Origin: Parcubacteria group bacterium Gr01-1014_38
GTDB lineage: Bacteria; Patescibacteriota; Andersenbacteria; UBA10190; CAIZMI01
Direction: 5' to 3'
Assembly (NCBI GenBank): GCA_007376145.1
Contig: VMFP01000003.1
Coordinates: 92,741-156,740 of the forward strand
DNA: 64,000 bases
Shown here: piece after piece, positions 20,107 to 29,375 of the stretch
Numbering within the stretch: position 1 is the stretch's first letter
Layout of the letters: every line of letters starts with the position of its first letter
Translations under genes and position numbers: made by a program
Notes under the pieces: model-generated
Told to the model about the DNA's origin: nothing
What the model saw: the letters and a program-made list of their open reading frames with translations, nothing else
The model's database searches: none

Positions 20107-20145
20107 GTAGCGGCACGGACCGCGGTGCAGCGTCCGTGCCGCTAC
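20107..20145. terminator. Perfect 14-bp stem hairpin between DUF4383 gene and suf promoter
   Basis: GTAGCGGCACGGAC…GTCCGTGCCGCTAC; no clear U-tract. Confidence 0.45.
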
Positions 20146-20154
20146 CGGTGGGGC

Positions 20155-20207
20155 TTGACGACGAGAGACGCGCGAGGTAAAACTCCTTGTACCTTACTAG
20201 GAGTTTT
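20155..20207 (+). promoter_or_regulatory. suf operon promoter with palindromic operator
   Basis: TTGACG-N17-TAAAAC; inverted repeat AAAACTCCT-N11-AGGAGTTTT overlapping the -10 and RBS of the Rrf2 gene. Confidence 0.6.
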
Positions 20208-20663
20208 GTGTTTGGATTCTCGCGGAAAACGGATTACGCTCTGCTGCTCGTCACGGCGCTCGCCCGGCGTCCGCAGGAATTCGTGTCTGTGCGCGCGCTC
20301 GCTCGTACCTACCACCTCCCGTACCGATTCTCCTCCCAGATCGTGAGCGACTTAGCTCGCGCCAACGTCCTCGAAGCGCGTGAGGGTGTGAAGGGTGGCT
20401 ACCGGTTAGCGCGGGAGCCCAAAGCGGTGACCGTCGCAGACATTCTCCACGCCACAGAGAGGGGGACAGCGCTCGTTTCCTGTGTGGACCAAAGCAAGCA
20501 CTACGCCTGTCCGCAGAAGGCGTGGTGTGGGGCGAAGGCTGGCGTCCGCCTCCTCCAGCGCGATCTCCTCAGCGTTCTTGGACGGACGACCATCGCGGAC
20601 TTTCTCCGCGCGCAGTCTGGGACGTCTTTGTCTCTCTCGCCTTGGTATGCCGCGCGTCCCTAG
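20208..20663 (+). CDS. Rrf2 family transcriptional regulator (IscR/SufR-like)
   Basis: DYAL…G.KGGY.LAR, C-x7-C-x5-C cluster ligands, first gene of suf operon. Confidence 0.9.
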   Translation: MFGFSRKTDYALLLVTALARRPQEFVSVRALARTYHLPYRFSSQIVSDLARANVLEAREGVKGGYRLAREPKAVTVADILHATERGTALVSCVDQSKHYACPQKAWCGAKAGVRLLQRDLLSVLGRTTIADFLRAQSGTSLSLSPWYAARP

Positions 20664-22059
20664 TGCGACCGTCGCCGAGGTTGACCGCACCCGCTACGAT
20701 CAGCGAGACGCAGTTCCTCTGCGGTATACCACTCCCCCAGGCATCAGCCGGCGGGTCGTCGAGGAGATTTCGCACCGGAAGAATGAACCCCCGTGGGTTC
20801 TGGAGAAGCGCCTGCAGGCACTCACGTATTTCGAGGCGCGTCCCGTGCCTACCTGGGGGCCAGACCTCTCCGGCCTGCGCTTGGAAGAGATTCGGTACTA
20901 TGCGGAACCCGATATGGAGGAGCAGCGATCGTGGGATGCGGTGCCTCAGGAAATTCGCAATGCCTTCGACCGCCTGGGCATCCCGGAGGCCGAGCGGAAG
21001 TATCTCGCCGGTTCCGGAGCGCAGATGGAATCGGCGATGGCGTACCACCATCTCAAGGAGGAGTGGGAGAAGAAAGGTGTCATCTTTGAGAACTTCGACG
21101 TGGCCATTCAGAAGTACCCGGATCTCGTCCGCGAGTACTTTATGACCCGCTGTGTGCCGTTGAACGACCATAAGTTCGCTGCGCTCCACGGCGCCGTCTT
21201 TTCGGGCGGCACGTTCATCTACGTCCCGCCCGGCGTGCACGTCACGATGCCACTGCAGGCGTACTTTCGCATGAACGAAGCGGGCATGGGGCAATTCGAA
21301 CACACTCTCATCGTCGTCGATGAAGGTGCCCAGGTGCACTATCTCGAAGCGTGCTCTGCTCCGCGGTATAACCGTGCCAACCTGCACGCGGGGTGCGTTG
21401 AGGTGTACGTGAAGAAAGGCGCCCGGGCGCGGTACACAAGCATCGAGAACTGGTCGAAAAACACGTACAATCTCAACACGAAGCGCGCCATCGTGGAGCA
21501 GGATGGCGTGATGGAGTGGATCAATGGAAACCTCGGCAGCGGCGTCACCATGCTGTACCCCTCGAGCATGTTGAAAGGGAAGGGAGCCAAGACCGATTTT
21601 ATCGGTATCGCGGTGGCCGCCGAAGGTCAGAACCAGGACACCGGCAGCAAAGCCTACCACCTCGCGCCGTACACGAAGTCCACAATCACGGCGAAGAGCA
21701 TCTCGAAGGACGGGGGAATCACGACGTACCGTGGATTGCTGAAAGTGAATCCCGGCGCAAATGGGTGTTCCTCAAAGGTGCAATGCGACGCGCTCCTCCT
21801 TGATGAACAGTCGGTCTCCAATACGATCCCATGTATGGAAATCAAGGGGAACGACGTCGAGGTGGCGCATGAAGCAACCGTCGGCCGCATCGGGGAAGAA
21901 CAGCTCTTCTACCTCCAGTCCCGCGGGCTTTCTGCCGCGCAGGCCACCCAAATGATTGTGGCGGGGTTCATCGAACCAGTGACGAAGCAGCTCCCGCTCG
22001 AGTACGCGGTCGAGCTCAACCGGTTGGTCGAACTAGAAATGGAGGGATCTGTGGGATGA
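20647..22059 (+). CDS. sufB: Fe-S cluster assembly protein SufB
   Basis: FSGGTF.YVP, GQFEHTLI, LHAG.VE, CDALL, HEATVG.I, YL.SRG. Confidence 0.97.
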   Translation: MPRVPSATVAEVDRTRYDQRDAVPLRYTTPPGISRRVVEEISHRKNEPPWVLEKRLQALTYFEARPVPTWGPDLSGLRLEEIRYYAEPDMEEQRSWDAVPQEIRNAFDRLGIPEAERKYLAGSGAQMESAMAYHHLKEEWEKKGVIFENFDVAIQKYPDLVREYFMTRCVPLNDHKFAALHGAVFSGGTFIYVPPGVHVTMPLQAYFRMNEAGMGQFEHTLIVVDEGAQVHYLEACSAPRYNRANLHAGCVEVYVKKGARARYTSIENWSKNTYNLNTKRAIVEQDGVMEWINGNLGSGVTMLYPSSMLKGKGAKTDFIGIAVAAEGQNQDTGSKAYHLAPYTKSTITAKSISKDGGITTYRGLLKVNPGANGCSSKVQCDALLLDEQSVSNTIPCMEIKGNDVEVAHEATVGRIGEEQLFYLQSRGLSAAQATQMIVAGFIEPVTKQLPLEYAVELNRLVELEMEGSVG

Positions 22060-22072
22060 GAAAAGCCCTGCA

Positions 22073-22158
22073 TGTCATTGCGAGGAACGAAGTGACGAAG
22101 CAATCTCGGGTATTGCTTCGCTTCGCCTGCCTGCCGGCAGGCAGGGCTCGCAATGACA
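22073..22158. repeat. Palindromic element TGTCATTGCGAG…CTCGCAATGACA with nested 20-bp palindrome CCTGCCTGCCGGCAGGCAGG
   Basis: 12-bp terminal inverted repeats, internal CGAAGCAAT/ATTGCTTCG stem, perfect palindrome at 22126-22145. Confidence 0.85.
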
Positions 22159-22198
22159 ATAAGAAACGCCCCGCACCGGAATGGTGGGGGCGAGAGTG

Positions 22199-22510
22199 CT
22201 ACGGTGGGGAAGAGTCGGGGGGAAGTATTTTTCTCACGACGCGCTCGGCGGCACGTTCCATCGCTCTGTTGAGCCCAATGATAAAACTACCAAACATCAC
22301 GACGGCGAATACGGAAACCCCAAGTGCCACCAAGAACCACCATCCCCATGGGTGGAACATGTCCAGGATGGTTATCACAACCATTCCAAGCGCGCTGAAA
22401 ACAGCGAGCACCGCAAAGGAAAGGAGGCAATGGGCGAAGATGTTCGTAACCTTTGGGTGCCGAGCCCAGGTTATCTTCTTAAACCATCGGTCGAAAAGGT
22501 TCTCAAGCAT
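22199..22510 (-). CDS. Small 2-TM hypothetical protein inserted antisense within the suf operon
   Basis: GGGAG SD before ATG at 22510, two TM helices, lower GC than neighbours, hairpin + T-tract downstream (22161-22192). Confidence 0.6.
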   Translation of the reverse strand: MLENLFDRWFKKITWARHPKVTNIFAHCLLSFAVLAVFSALGMVVITILDMFHPWGWWFLVALGVSVFAVVMFGSFIIGLNRAMERAAERVVRKILPPDSSPP

Positions 22511-22570
22511 GAGATTCTCCCTTCGTGAGCCCCTTTTTTGAAAGACCAAACCAGGAAGTAACTCTTGTGT

Positions 22571-23656
22571 ATGAACCCCGATTTGTCAACTACTGCCCGG
22601 GCCCGTCTCGCCGCCGCATCTATTCCCCCGCAGCGCTACGGGTTGAGTGTGTTTTTGCGGAAGGCGTATCCTGCCGTGGGCAATGGACAACAAAGCACAG
22701 GCGACAGGGAGCCCGAACTCCGCCTGCGAGGCGCGCCGGTTGAGCTGGTGACGTGGGATGACATCCCTGCCGACGTTGGGGAGCTCGTGCGGCGGAAGGT
22801 GTCGGATGATACCTTCGCTGCGTTCCACGTGCTGCAGTCGGCGGCGGTGCACCGAGTAAATGTCGAGGGCGCTCGCACGCTTGGTCTGTCTGTGGTTCCC
22901 GACGCGACCATTCTGGTAGATGTGTCTCCAGGCTCGCAGCTCGTCGTCACCGAGCGCGAGGGCGCGGCGGAGCGCGATCGGGACCTTCGCTCTTCTCTCG
23001 TTGCGCTTCGCGTTGGCGAGGGTGCGCGCGTCCAATGGTTCGGGCACTCCGTGCGCGCGCCGGGATTCGCTGTGGTTGAACGGCTCGCAATCCTCGCGCG
23101 GGACGCCGTGCTCGAACACCATTCCGTTCTCCTTGCAGCGAATGCGATGCGGGAAAACGTCCATGTGGTCCTCGGCGCTCCCGGCGCGACGGCGCGGGTC
23201 AACACGCTCTTTGTCGGTAACCACGAGCACCAGTTCGATCTCGGTATCACCGCAGAGCACCAAGCGCCACACACTGTCTCAAACCTCGCGGCGAAAGGCG
23301 TGCTTTCCGGAAAGGCGCAGGCAGTGGTTCGGGGTCTCGTTCGCGTCGAGCGCGAGGCGCCGGGCTCGGACGGCTACCAGCGTTGCGACACCTTGCTGCT
23401 TTCGCCGACGGCTGAGGTAGACCCCGTGCCGAACCTTGAGATTCGCACCAATGACGTTCGGTGTACGCACGGCGTCGCTACCGGCCATCTGAACCCCGAG
23501 CAGCTTTTCTACCTTCAGTCTCGGGGATTCTCGGATGCGGCTGCCTGCGATCTCTTGGTTACGGGGTTTGTCGGCGGAATGCTGCGCGCGTGGCCTGAAG
23601 TACAGCGCGAGGACTTGGGCGCCGCTGTCAGCGAGATCCTGCGGGGATCACCATGA
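22571..23656 (+). CDS. sufD: Fe-S cluster assembly protein SufD
   Basis: H.AP.T.S…KG, G.Q…LLLS, P.LEI..NDV.C.HG, FYL.SRG. Confidence 0.9.
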   Translation: MNPDLSTTARARLAAASIPPQRYGLSVFLRKAYPAVGNGQQSTGDREPELRLRGAPVELVTWDDIPADVGELVRRKVSDDTFAAFHVLQSAAVHRVNVEGARTLGLSVVPDATILVDVSPGSQLVVTEREGAAERDRDLRSSLVALRVGEGARVQWFGHSVRAPGFAVVERLAILARDAVLEHHSVLLAANAMRENVHVVLGAPGATARVNTLFVGNHEHQFDLGITAEHQAPHTVSNLAAKGVLSGKAQAVVRGLVRVEREAPGSDGYQRCDTLLLSPTAEVDPVPNLEIRTNDVRCTHGVATGHLNPEQLFYLQSRGFSDAAACDLLVTGFVGGMLRAWPEVQREDLGAAVSEILRGSP

Positions 23657-24957
23657 ATCGCGACGCCCTATCGAGCAGCGCAAAGGGACTCGCGCGGGTC
23701 GCGGCGAGAGACACTTCGGCTTCGCCTCCGCATGACAAACGGGCAGCGGATGTCGCAGGACTGCGTGCGCAGTTCCCCATCCTGTCCCGGAACATGCGCG
23801 GGCAGCCGCTCGTGTATCTTGACAATGCATCCACGACGCAGAAGCCCCAGCGCGTCATTGACGCCGAGGCGCAGCTCTACGAAACGCTGAACGCGAACGT
23901 CCACCGCGGCGTCTATGAGCTCTCCGAACAGGCGACGGAAGCATATGTGGCCGCACACGAGGCCGTCGCGCGGTTCATCAATGCGCGGAGTGCCGAGGAA
24001 ATCGTCTTTGTCAGGAACGCGACCGAGGCCATCAACCTCGTTGCCTCGTCCTGGGGAGTGGAGCACCTCAAACGCGGCGATCAGATTCTTCTCACGGCCA
24101 TGGAACACCACAGCAACATCGTGCCGTGGCAAGAAGTTGCGCGGCGGACAGGCGCGGAACTTCGGTGGGTGGAGTGCACCGCGGACGGCCGTCTCGACCT
24201 CGACGATCTTCATTCGAAGCTCACTGACCGTGTGCGGCTCGTCGCCGTCACGCACGTCTCGAACGTCCTGGGCACAGTGAATCCGATTGCGGAGATCATC
24301 CGAGAGGCTCATCAGGTCGGCGCGCGTGTCCTTGTGGACGCCGCACAAAGTATCTCGAGACTGCCGATTGACGTGCAGGCCTTCGACGCCGACTTTCTGG
24401 TGTTCTCCGGGCACAAGATGTACGGGCCCACCGGTATCGGCGTGCTCTTTGGGAGGCGGGAGCTTCTCGAGGCAATGCCGCCGTACATCCGGGGCGGTGA
24501 TATGGTGAAAACTGTCACGCGCGAGCAGGCGACGTGGAACGACCTCCCGTGGAAGTTTGAAGCGGGCACGCCGAACATCGCGGGTGGCGTGGCGCTCGAG
24601 GAAACCATCCGGTTTCTTTCCGAGATCGGGATGGAGCGCCTCTGGGCACACGAGCAGGCGCTGGTTGCACACGCTCTCCCCCGGCTGCGGAACGTTCCCG
24701 GGCTTACGGTGCTTGGTCCGCAAGCGCGCGTGGGGATTTTCTCCTTCACCATGAACAGCATTCACTCCCACGATCTCGCCTCTTTCCTCGATGAGCGTGG
24801 AATCGCAGTTCGCGGGGGACACCACTGTGCCCAGCCGCTCCTTACGAGCCTTGGTCTTACCGAGTGTGCCCGCGCAAGTGTGGGGCTCTACAACACGGCG
24901 GAAGATCTCAACCGACTCGTCAGCGCTCTGGAGGAGGCGCATCGTCTCCTCCGATGA
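23653..24957 (+). CDS. sufS: Cysteine desulfurase SufS
   Basis: YLDNASTTQKP, EHHSN, SGHKMYGPTG (PLP Lys), RGGHHCAQP. Confidence 0.97.
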   Translation: MNRDALSSSAKGLARVAARDTSASPPHDKRAADVAGLRAQFPILSRNMRGQPLVYLDNASTTQKPQRVIDAEAQLYETLNANVHRGVYELSEQATEAYVAAHEAVARFINARSAEEIVFVRNATEAINLVASSWGVEHLKRGDQILLTAMEHHSNIVPWQEVARRTGAELRWVECTADGRLDLDDLHSKLTDRVRLVAVTHVSNVLGTVNPIAEIIREAHQVGARVLVDAAQSISRLPIDVQAFDADFLVFSGHKMYGPTGIGVLFGRRELLEAMPPYIRGGDMVKTVTREQATWNDLPWKFEAGTPNIAGGVALEETIRFLSEIGMERLWAHEQALVAHALPRLRNVPGLTVLGPQARVGIFSFTMNSIHSHDLASFLDERGIAVRGGHHCAQPLLTSLGLTECARASVGLYNTAEDLNRLVSALEEAHRLLR

Positions 24958-25394
24958 TGAACGAGAAACCATCATCCACTGCCGGATTTCAGCCGGTAGG
25001 TCTGTTGGCGCGGGCAGAGCTCCTCGAGCACGCGAAGCACCCGCGGAATCGGGGCGCGCTTGAAACAGCGGATATGGTGTCGGAGGAAGCCAACCCGCTG
25101 TGCGGGGATGTGGTGACCGTGTACGCCGCGCTTGATTCTGGCGCGGATCACCGATCGCGGATTACGCGTCTATCGTTCACCGGACACGGGTGCCTCATTT
25201 CTCAGGCGGCTGCCTCGATGCTCACCGAATATGTGGTCGGTAAATCCGTGGAGGAGTTCCTCCGGATGGGACGCGGCGACATGGAGCGACTCCTCGGTGG
25301 TGTCCTCTCGCCATCGCGGGTGAAGTGCGCGATGCTGCCGCTCCTTGCGGTGCGCAATGGTCTTGCACGGTTCTCGCATGCTGTCCATCCGTAA
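24954..25394 (+). CDS. sufU: Fe-S scaffold SufU/NifU-like
   Basis: NPLCGD, GCLISQAAASM, R.KCA. Confidence 0.92.
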   Translation: MMNEKPSSTAGFQPVGLLARAELLEHAKHPRNRGALETADMVSEEANPLCGDVVTVYAALDSGADHRSRITRLSFTGHGCLISQAAASMLTEYVVGKSVEEFLRMGRGDMERLLGGVLSPSRVKCAMLPLLAVRNGLARFSHAVHP

Positions 25395-26106
25395 CCTTCA
25401 CGCCTCTGTTGAGGGGAAGGAAATCCTCCGCGGCGTCTCGCTCGACGTTCGCCCAGGCGAAGTGGTTGCCCTGATGGGCCCGAACGGCTCTGGGAAGAGC
25501 ACGCTCGCCTTCGCCCTCATGGGGCACCCAAACGTTCACGTCACCGGCGGAACCGCGACGTACCAAGGCCGAGATCTCCTTGCGCTCAAACCCGAGGAAC
25601 GAGCAAAACTTGGCCTGTTTCTCTCCTTTCAGTATCCCCACGAGATTCCGGGGGTGCCGTTGAGCCAGATGCTCCGGACGGCTGTTGGACAGCGGAGCGG
25701 CACGCTCCCGCCGGTGCGCGAATTCCTCCAGACGCTCGACGGAAAACTTGCCCTCCTGAAGATGGATCCGTCCTTCGCGGAGCGGAATGTGAACGAAGGG
25801 TTCTCCGGCGGAGAGAAAAAGCGGGCGGAAATTCTCCAGCTTGCGGTGCTCGAACCAACCTTGGCCATGCTCGATGAGACCGACTCCGGGCTGGACGTGG
25901 ACGCCCTCCGGACGGTCGCAGAAGGCATCCAGACCATCAAGCGGGAGCGCCCGGAGATGGCCGTTCTGCTCATCACTCACTACGAGCGATTCCTCGACTT
26001 CCTCACGCCGAACCGCGTACTCGTCATGAAGGAGGGGAAGATCGTGGCGGAAGGTGGGAAAGATCTTGCGGATCGCATCCAGCAGGAGGGGTACGAACCA
26101 CTCTAA
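25378..26106 (+). CDS. sufC: Fe-S assembly ATPase SufC
   Basis: GPNGSGKST, FQYP.EIPG, GFSGGEKKR, LDETDSGLD. Confidence 0.97.
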   Translation: MLSIRNLHASVEGKEILRGVSLDVRPGEVVALMGPNGSGKSTLAFALMGHPNVHVTGGTATYQGRDLLALKPEERAKLGLFLSFQYPHEIPGVPLSQMLRTAVGQRSGTLPPVREFLQTLDGKLALLKMDPSFAERNVNEGFSGGEKKRAEILQLAVLEPTLAMLDETDSGLDVDALRTVAEGIQTIKRERPEMAVLLITHYERFLDFLTPNRVLVMKEGKIVAEGGKDLADRIQQEGYEPL

Positions 26107-26179
26107 AGCGCATCGTTTCTTCCTTCCGAAAACCAAGTACAATAGTCTTGCTTCGAACCTAAAGTCTCAAACACACACC

Positions 26180-27196
26180 GTGACCCTGGCCTTTTTTGAG
26201 GAGGAAGCTGTTGATCGCGAGAAGCTCCGCACGCTCTTTCCCCGTGAAGAACTTCTCTTCATTCCCGAGCTGCTGGGAGTGGAAACGGCTCCCGCGGCGC
26301 AGAGTGCCGAGGTGGTCTCGACGTTTGTCCGCTCGGCGGTGAACACCGAGGTCTTGCGCGAGCTTCCGAAACTGAAATTTCTCACCTCGCGTTCCATGGG
26401 GACCGACCATATTGACCTGAAGACCTGTGCCGAGCGCGGGATTATCGTCTCGCGCGTGCCAGCCTACGGCGAGAACACCGTGGCCGAGCACACCTTCGCG
26501 CTCATCCTGGCCCTCTCCCGCAAGATCTTCCAGTCGTACGAGCGGACGGAGCGCATGAAGTTCAATCGTGAGGGCTTGCGCGGCTTTGATCTGGCAGGGA
26601 AGACTCTCGGGGTCATCGGGGTGGGGAAGATCGGGCGGAACGTCTGCCGGATTGCACGGCAGGGATTTCAGATGCAGATCCTGGCGTACGACGTGCAGCA
26701 AGATCCGGCCCTCGCAGCCGAGCTCGGCTTTACGTACGTCGCGAATCTCGATGAGCTGCTGTCCCAGAGCGATGTCATCACACTCCACGCGCCGTACCTC
26801 CCCTCCACGCATCACCTTATCTCCTTGGAGAACATCGCAAAGGTGAAAAAGGGCGCGGTCCTCGTAAACACGGCGCGGGGCGCGCTCGTGGATACGCAGG
26901 CGCTCCTCTGGGCACTCAACGAGGGCATCCTCCAGGGGGCTGGCCTCGATGTCCTGGAGGAGGAGAACTTCGTCTACGAGGAGGCTGAACTTCTTATCAA
27001 TGACGTTCCGGCGGGGGAGGATCTTGCCACTGTCTTGCGGAATCACATCCTCGTCGAGCGGGACGACGTGATCGTCACTCCCCATAACGCGTTCAACAGC
27101 CACGAAGCGGTCGCGCGCATTTTCGACACTACCGTGGAGAACATCCAAGCGTTCCTCGCGGGGAAACCGGTGAATGTGGTGAAGGCGAAGGACTAG
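26180..27196 (+). CDS. D-2-hydroxyacid (D-lactate) dehydrogenase family
   Basis: VAEH, G.GKIG, LHAP, NTARG, TPHNAF. Confidence 0.92.
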   Translation: MTLAFFEEEAVDREKLRTLFPREELLFIPELLGVETAPAAQSAEVVSTFVRSAVNTEVLRELPKLKFLTSRSMGTDHIDLKTCAERGIIVSRVPAYGENTVAEHTFALILALSRKIFQSYERTERMKFNREGLRGFDLAGKTLGVIGVGKIGRNVCRIARQGFQMQILAYDVQQDPALAAELGFTYVANLDELLSQSDVITLHAPYLPSTHHLISLENIAKVKKGAVLVNTARGALVDTQALLWALNEGILQGAGLDVLEEENFVYEEAELLINDVPAGEDLATVLRNHILVERDDVIVTPHNAFNSHEAVARIFDTTVENIQAFLAGKPVNVVKAKD

Positions 27197-27240
27197 CGGA
27201 AGGGTCGCTTGGATATTCCAAGCAGGGTAGGCTCACGTGT

Positions 27241-28263
27241 GTGCCCTTAAGCTTGAAGGACGTATCGCAGGTCCAGCGTGCGCTCGTACGCTGGTTCCGG
27301 CAGTACCAGCGGGATCTCCCCTGGCGTCGCACCAAGGATCCGTACCGCATCCTCGTGTCCGAAATCATGCTCCAGCAGACGCAGGTGGACCGAGTGATTC
27401 CGAAGTACCGCGCGTTCCTCCGCCGTTTCCCCATCGTCCAGGCGCTTGCACGCGCCACGCCGCGTGACATCCTCCTGGCGTGGGCCGGCATGGGCTACAA
27501 CCGGCGCGCACTGTACTTGCGCAGGGCGGCACAGGAAATTGTCGCGCAGTATGGAGGCACCGTCCCGACGGACCCGGCGCTCCTGCAGACCCTCCCCGGC
27601 GTCGGCGCCTACACCGCTGCGGCGGTTGCGACCTTCGCCACCGGCATTCCCCGTGCGCTGGCCGATACGAATGTGCGTCGGGTGATCGGGCGAATCTTCC
27701 TCGGGGCGCCGCACGGGAAGTGGCGTGAGTCCCGCCTCCGTCAGATGGTGGAGCGCGCCACGCCGCGCCAGCCGGTGTCTGGCGTGCACCCGTCCCTCTG
27801 GGGACATGCCCTCATGGACTTTGGTGCGCTCGTCTGCAAGGCCACGCCCCGCTGCGCGGTCTGTCCCGTCCGACAGTGGTGCAAAGCGTATCCGCAGATT
27901 CAACGTGACAACGCACAAAAACGTCTTCGGCGAGCGAATCGCGGGTCTCGCGGGTTCCTGCGATTCGCGAGCACCATGAGCGGGAGGGGGGAGCATGGGA
28001 GGGGGAACCGAAGCGGTTCCCACCCCAGAATTCCCGACCGCATCTACCGGGGGCGGATTCTCCAAGCGCTCCGCGAACGGGATCCTGCGCCCGTGTCCCT
28101 TTTGGAGCTCGCGGTGCTTCTGTGCGAGGTTTCTCGGCCGCGCCTCCATCGTCTGGTTCGCGGACTTGCCGCCGAGGGCCTGTTGACGCTTTCCAGCGGC
28201 CAGCACGCCCAGTTGCCGCGCGGGGAAACGGTTCAGGGTTCTGCCCGACGGGAGGGGGCTTGA
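27241..28263 (+). CDS. mutY: A/G-specific adenine glycosylase MutY
   Basis: RDLPWR, VSEIMLQQTQV, W.GMGY..RA, HhH LPGVG.YTA, DTNV.RV, four-Cys Fe-S motif. Confidence 0.92.
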   Translation: MPLSLKDVSQVQRALVRWFRQYQRDLPWRRTKDPYRILVSEIMLQQTQVDRVIPKYRAFLRRFPIVQALARATPRDILLAWAGMGYNRRALYLRRAAQEIVAQYGGTVPTDPALLQTLPGVGAYTAAAVATFATGIPRALADTNVRRVIGRIFLGAPHGKWRESRLRQMVERATPRQPVSGVHPSLWGHALMDFGALVCKATPRCAVCPVRQWCKAYPQIQRDNAQKRLRRANRGSRGFLRFASTMSGRGEHGRGNRSGSHPRIPDRIYRGRILQALRERDPAPVSLLELAVLLCEVSRPRLHRLVRGLAAEGLLTLSSGQHAQLPRGETVQGSARREGA

Positions 28264-28308
28264 CAGGTCCGTTTCTTCCGTCTCCTTGGTTCCGTACACT
28301 GTTGGTAT

Positions 28309-28983
28309 ATGCGTATGTGGCATTGGACCTCCGCGCTCGTTGTTGTGGCGGCACTCGCTGTCCCGCTGCCCGGGTTGGCGCTCTACCACCAAGTAACCGC
28401 GCCGGGACGTTCGGAGCTTGCGCCTGGGCAGGCGCGGCGTGCGCAGGTCACCCAGGAAAGCCCAAGTCCCAGTCCCACAGCGACCTTGGAAGTCCGCCCA
28501 CGTGGGCTGCTCCGGCAGGCCAAACACGCCGAGCGCCTCGACCGGGTGCTCGGTCATATCCGCGGCATGACGAACAAGCTCACGAACCTCTCGAGCCGTC
28601 TCGACAAGCACCTGGCGAACGTCGAGCGCCGCATTGCCGCACTCCGCGCCGCCGGGCACGACATTACCGTGGAGGAAGAACTCAACGCGGCGCGCACGGC
28701 GGTTCGCGCACTTCAGGACAAGATCGCTTCCGCGGTGCGTGAACTCGATGCGCTGGCCGATAGCGATCGGCCGCGCACGGCCATGCCCACGGTCCGACGT
28801 CTGGTTCGTGAAATTCGTGCCGACCTCCGCACGGTGCAGGCCGCCTTCCAGAAGTTGCGGCTGGCGATCCGCGCCGATGTTCGGGCGAATCCGTCGCCGT
28901 CGCCCACTGCGGGCGCACCGTCTCCAAGTCCCTCACCCGTCGACACTCCCGTGACGAGTCCTTCACCTACACCTACGCCATGA
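28309..28983 (+). CDS. Secreted coiled-coil hypothetical protein
   Basis: Signal peptide, long helical segment, SPSP tail. Confidence 0.7.
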   Translation: MRMWHWTSALVVVAALAVPLPGLALYHQVTAPGRSELAPGQARRAQVTQESPSPSPTATLEVRPRGLLRQAKHAERLDRVLGHIRGMTNKLTNLSSRLDKHLANVERRIAALRAAGHDITVEEELNAARTAVRALQDKIASAVRELDALADSDRPRTAMPTVRRLVREIRADLRTVQAAFQKLRLAIRADVRANPSPSPTAGAPSPSPSPVDTPVTSPSPTPTP

Positions 28984-29273
28984 GCAAAGCCCTCACCTGG
29001 ATCCTCATCGCACTCCTCGTCATCATCGTGCTGATTATCTTCGCCGCCCTTCCGGTGCGGAGGTCCGCGGAGGGGACGCCGAGCCCCACCGTTCCTGGGT
29101 TCGCGACGCCCTTCCCGACGGTGATCCCGACACCTGCGCCTACGCCCGAAGTGCTGACTTCCCAGCAGGAACGACTGGCTGATCTCGAAGCAGCGGAATC
29201 CACCGAGCTGGCGCTCGAGCAGGACGTCGACAGCGACTTCAATAAACTCGACAGCGAACTGCGCGGCCTGTAA
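28980..29273 (+). CDS. Small membrane-anchored hypothetical protein
   Basis: ATGA overlap with previous gene, TM helix, Pro/Thr linker, acidic C-terminal helix. Confidence 0.7.
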   Translation: MSKALTWILIALLVIIVLIIFAALPVRRSAEGTPSPTVPGFATPFPTVIPTPAPTPEVLTSQQERLADLEAAESTELALEQDVDSDFNKLDSELRGL

Positions 29274-29306
29274 GCAACTGGGCTGGGCAGAGCGAGTAAC
29301 ACTCCG

Positions 29307-29343
29307 TATACCCCGTTAGAAGCATGGCTTCTAACGGGGTATA
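29307..29343. repeat. REP-like palindrome TATACCCCGTTAGAAGC-ATG-GCTTCTAACGGGGTATA
   Basis: Perfect 17-bp arms; a second copy lies inside pepA at 30921-30949. Confidence 0.85.
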
Positions 29344-29375
29344 GTCGGAAGGAATCTTCTGCTCGTACAGTGGCC

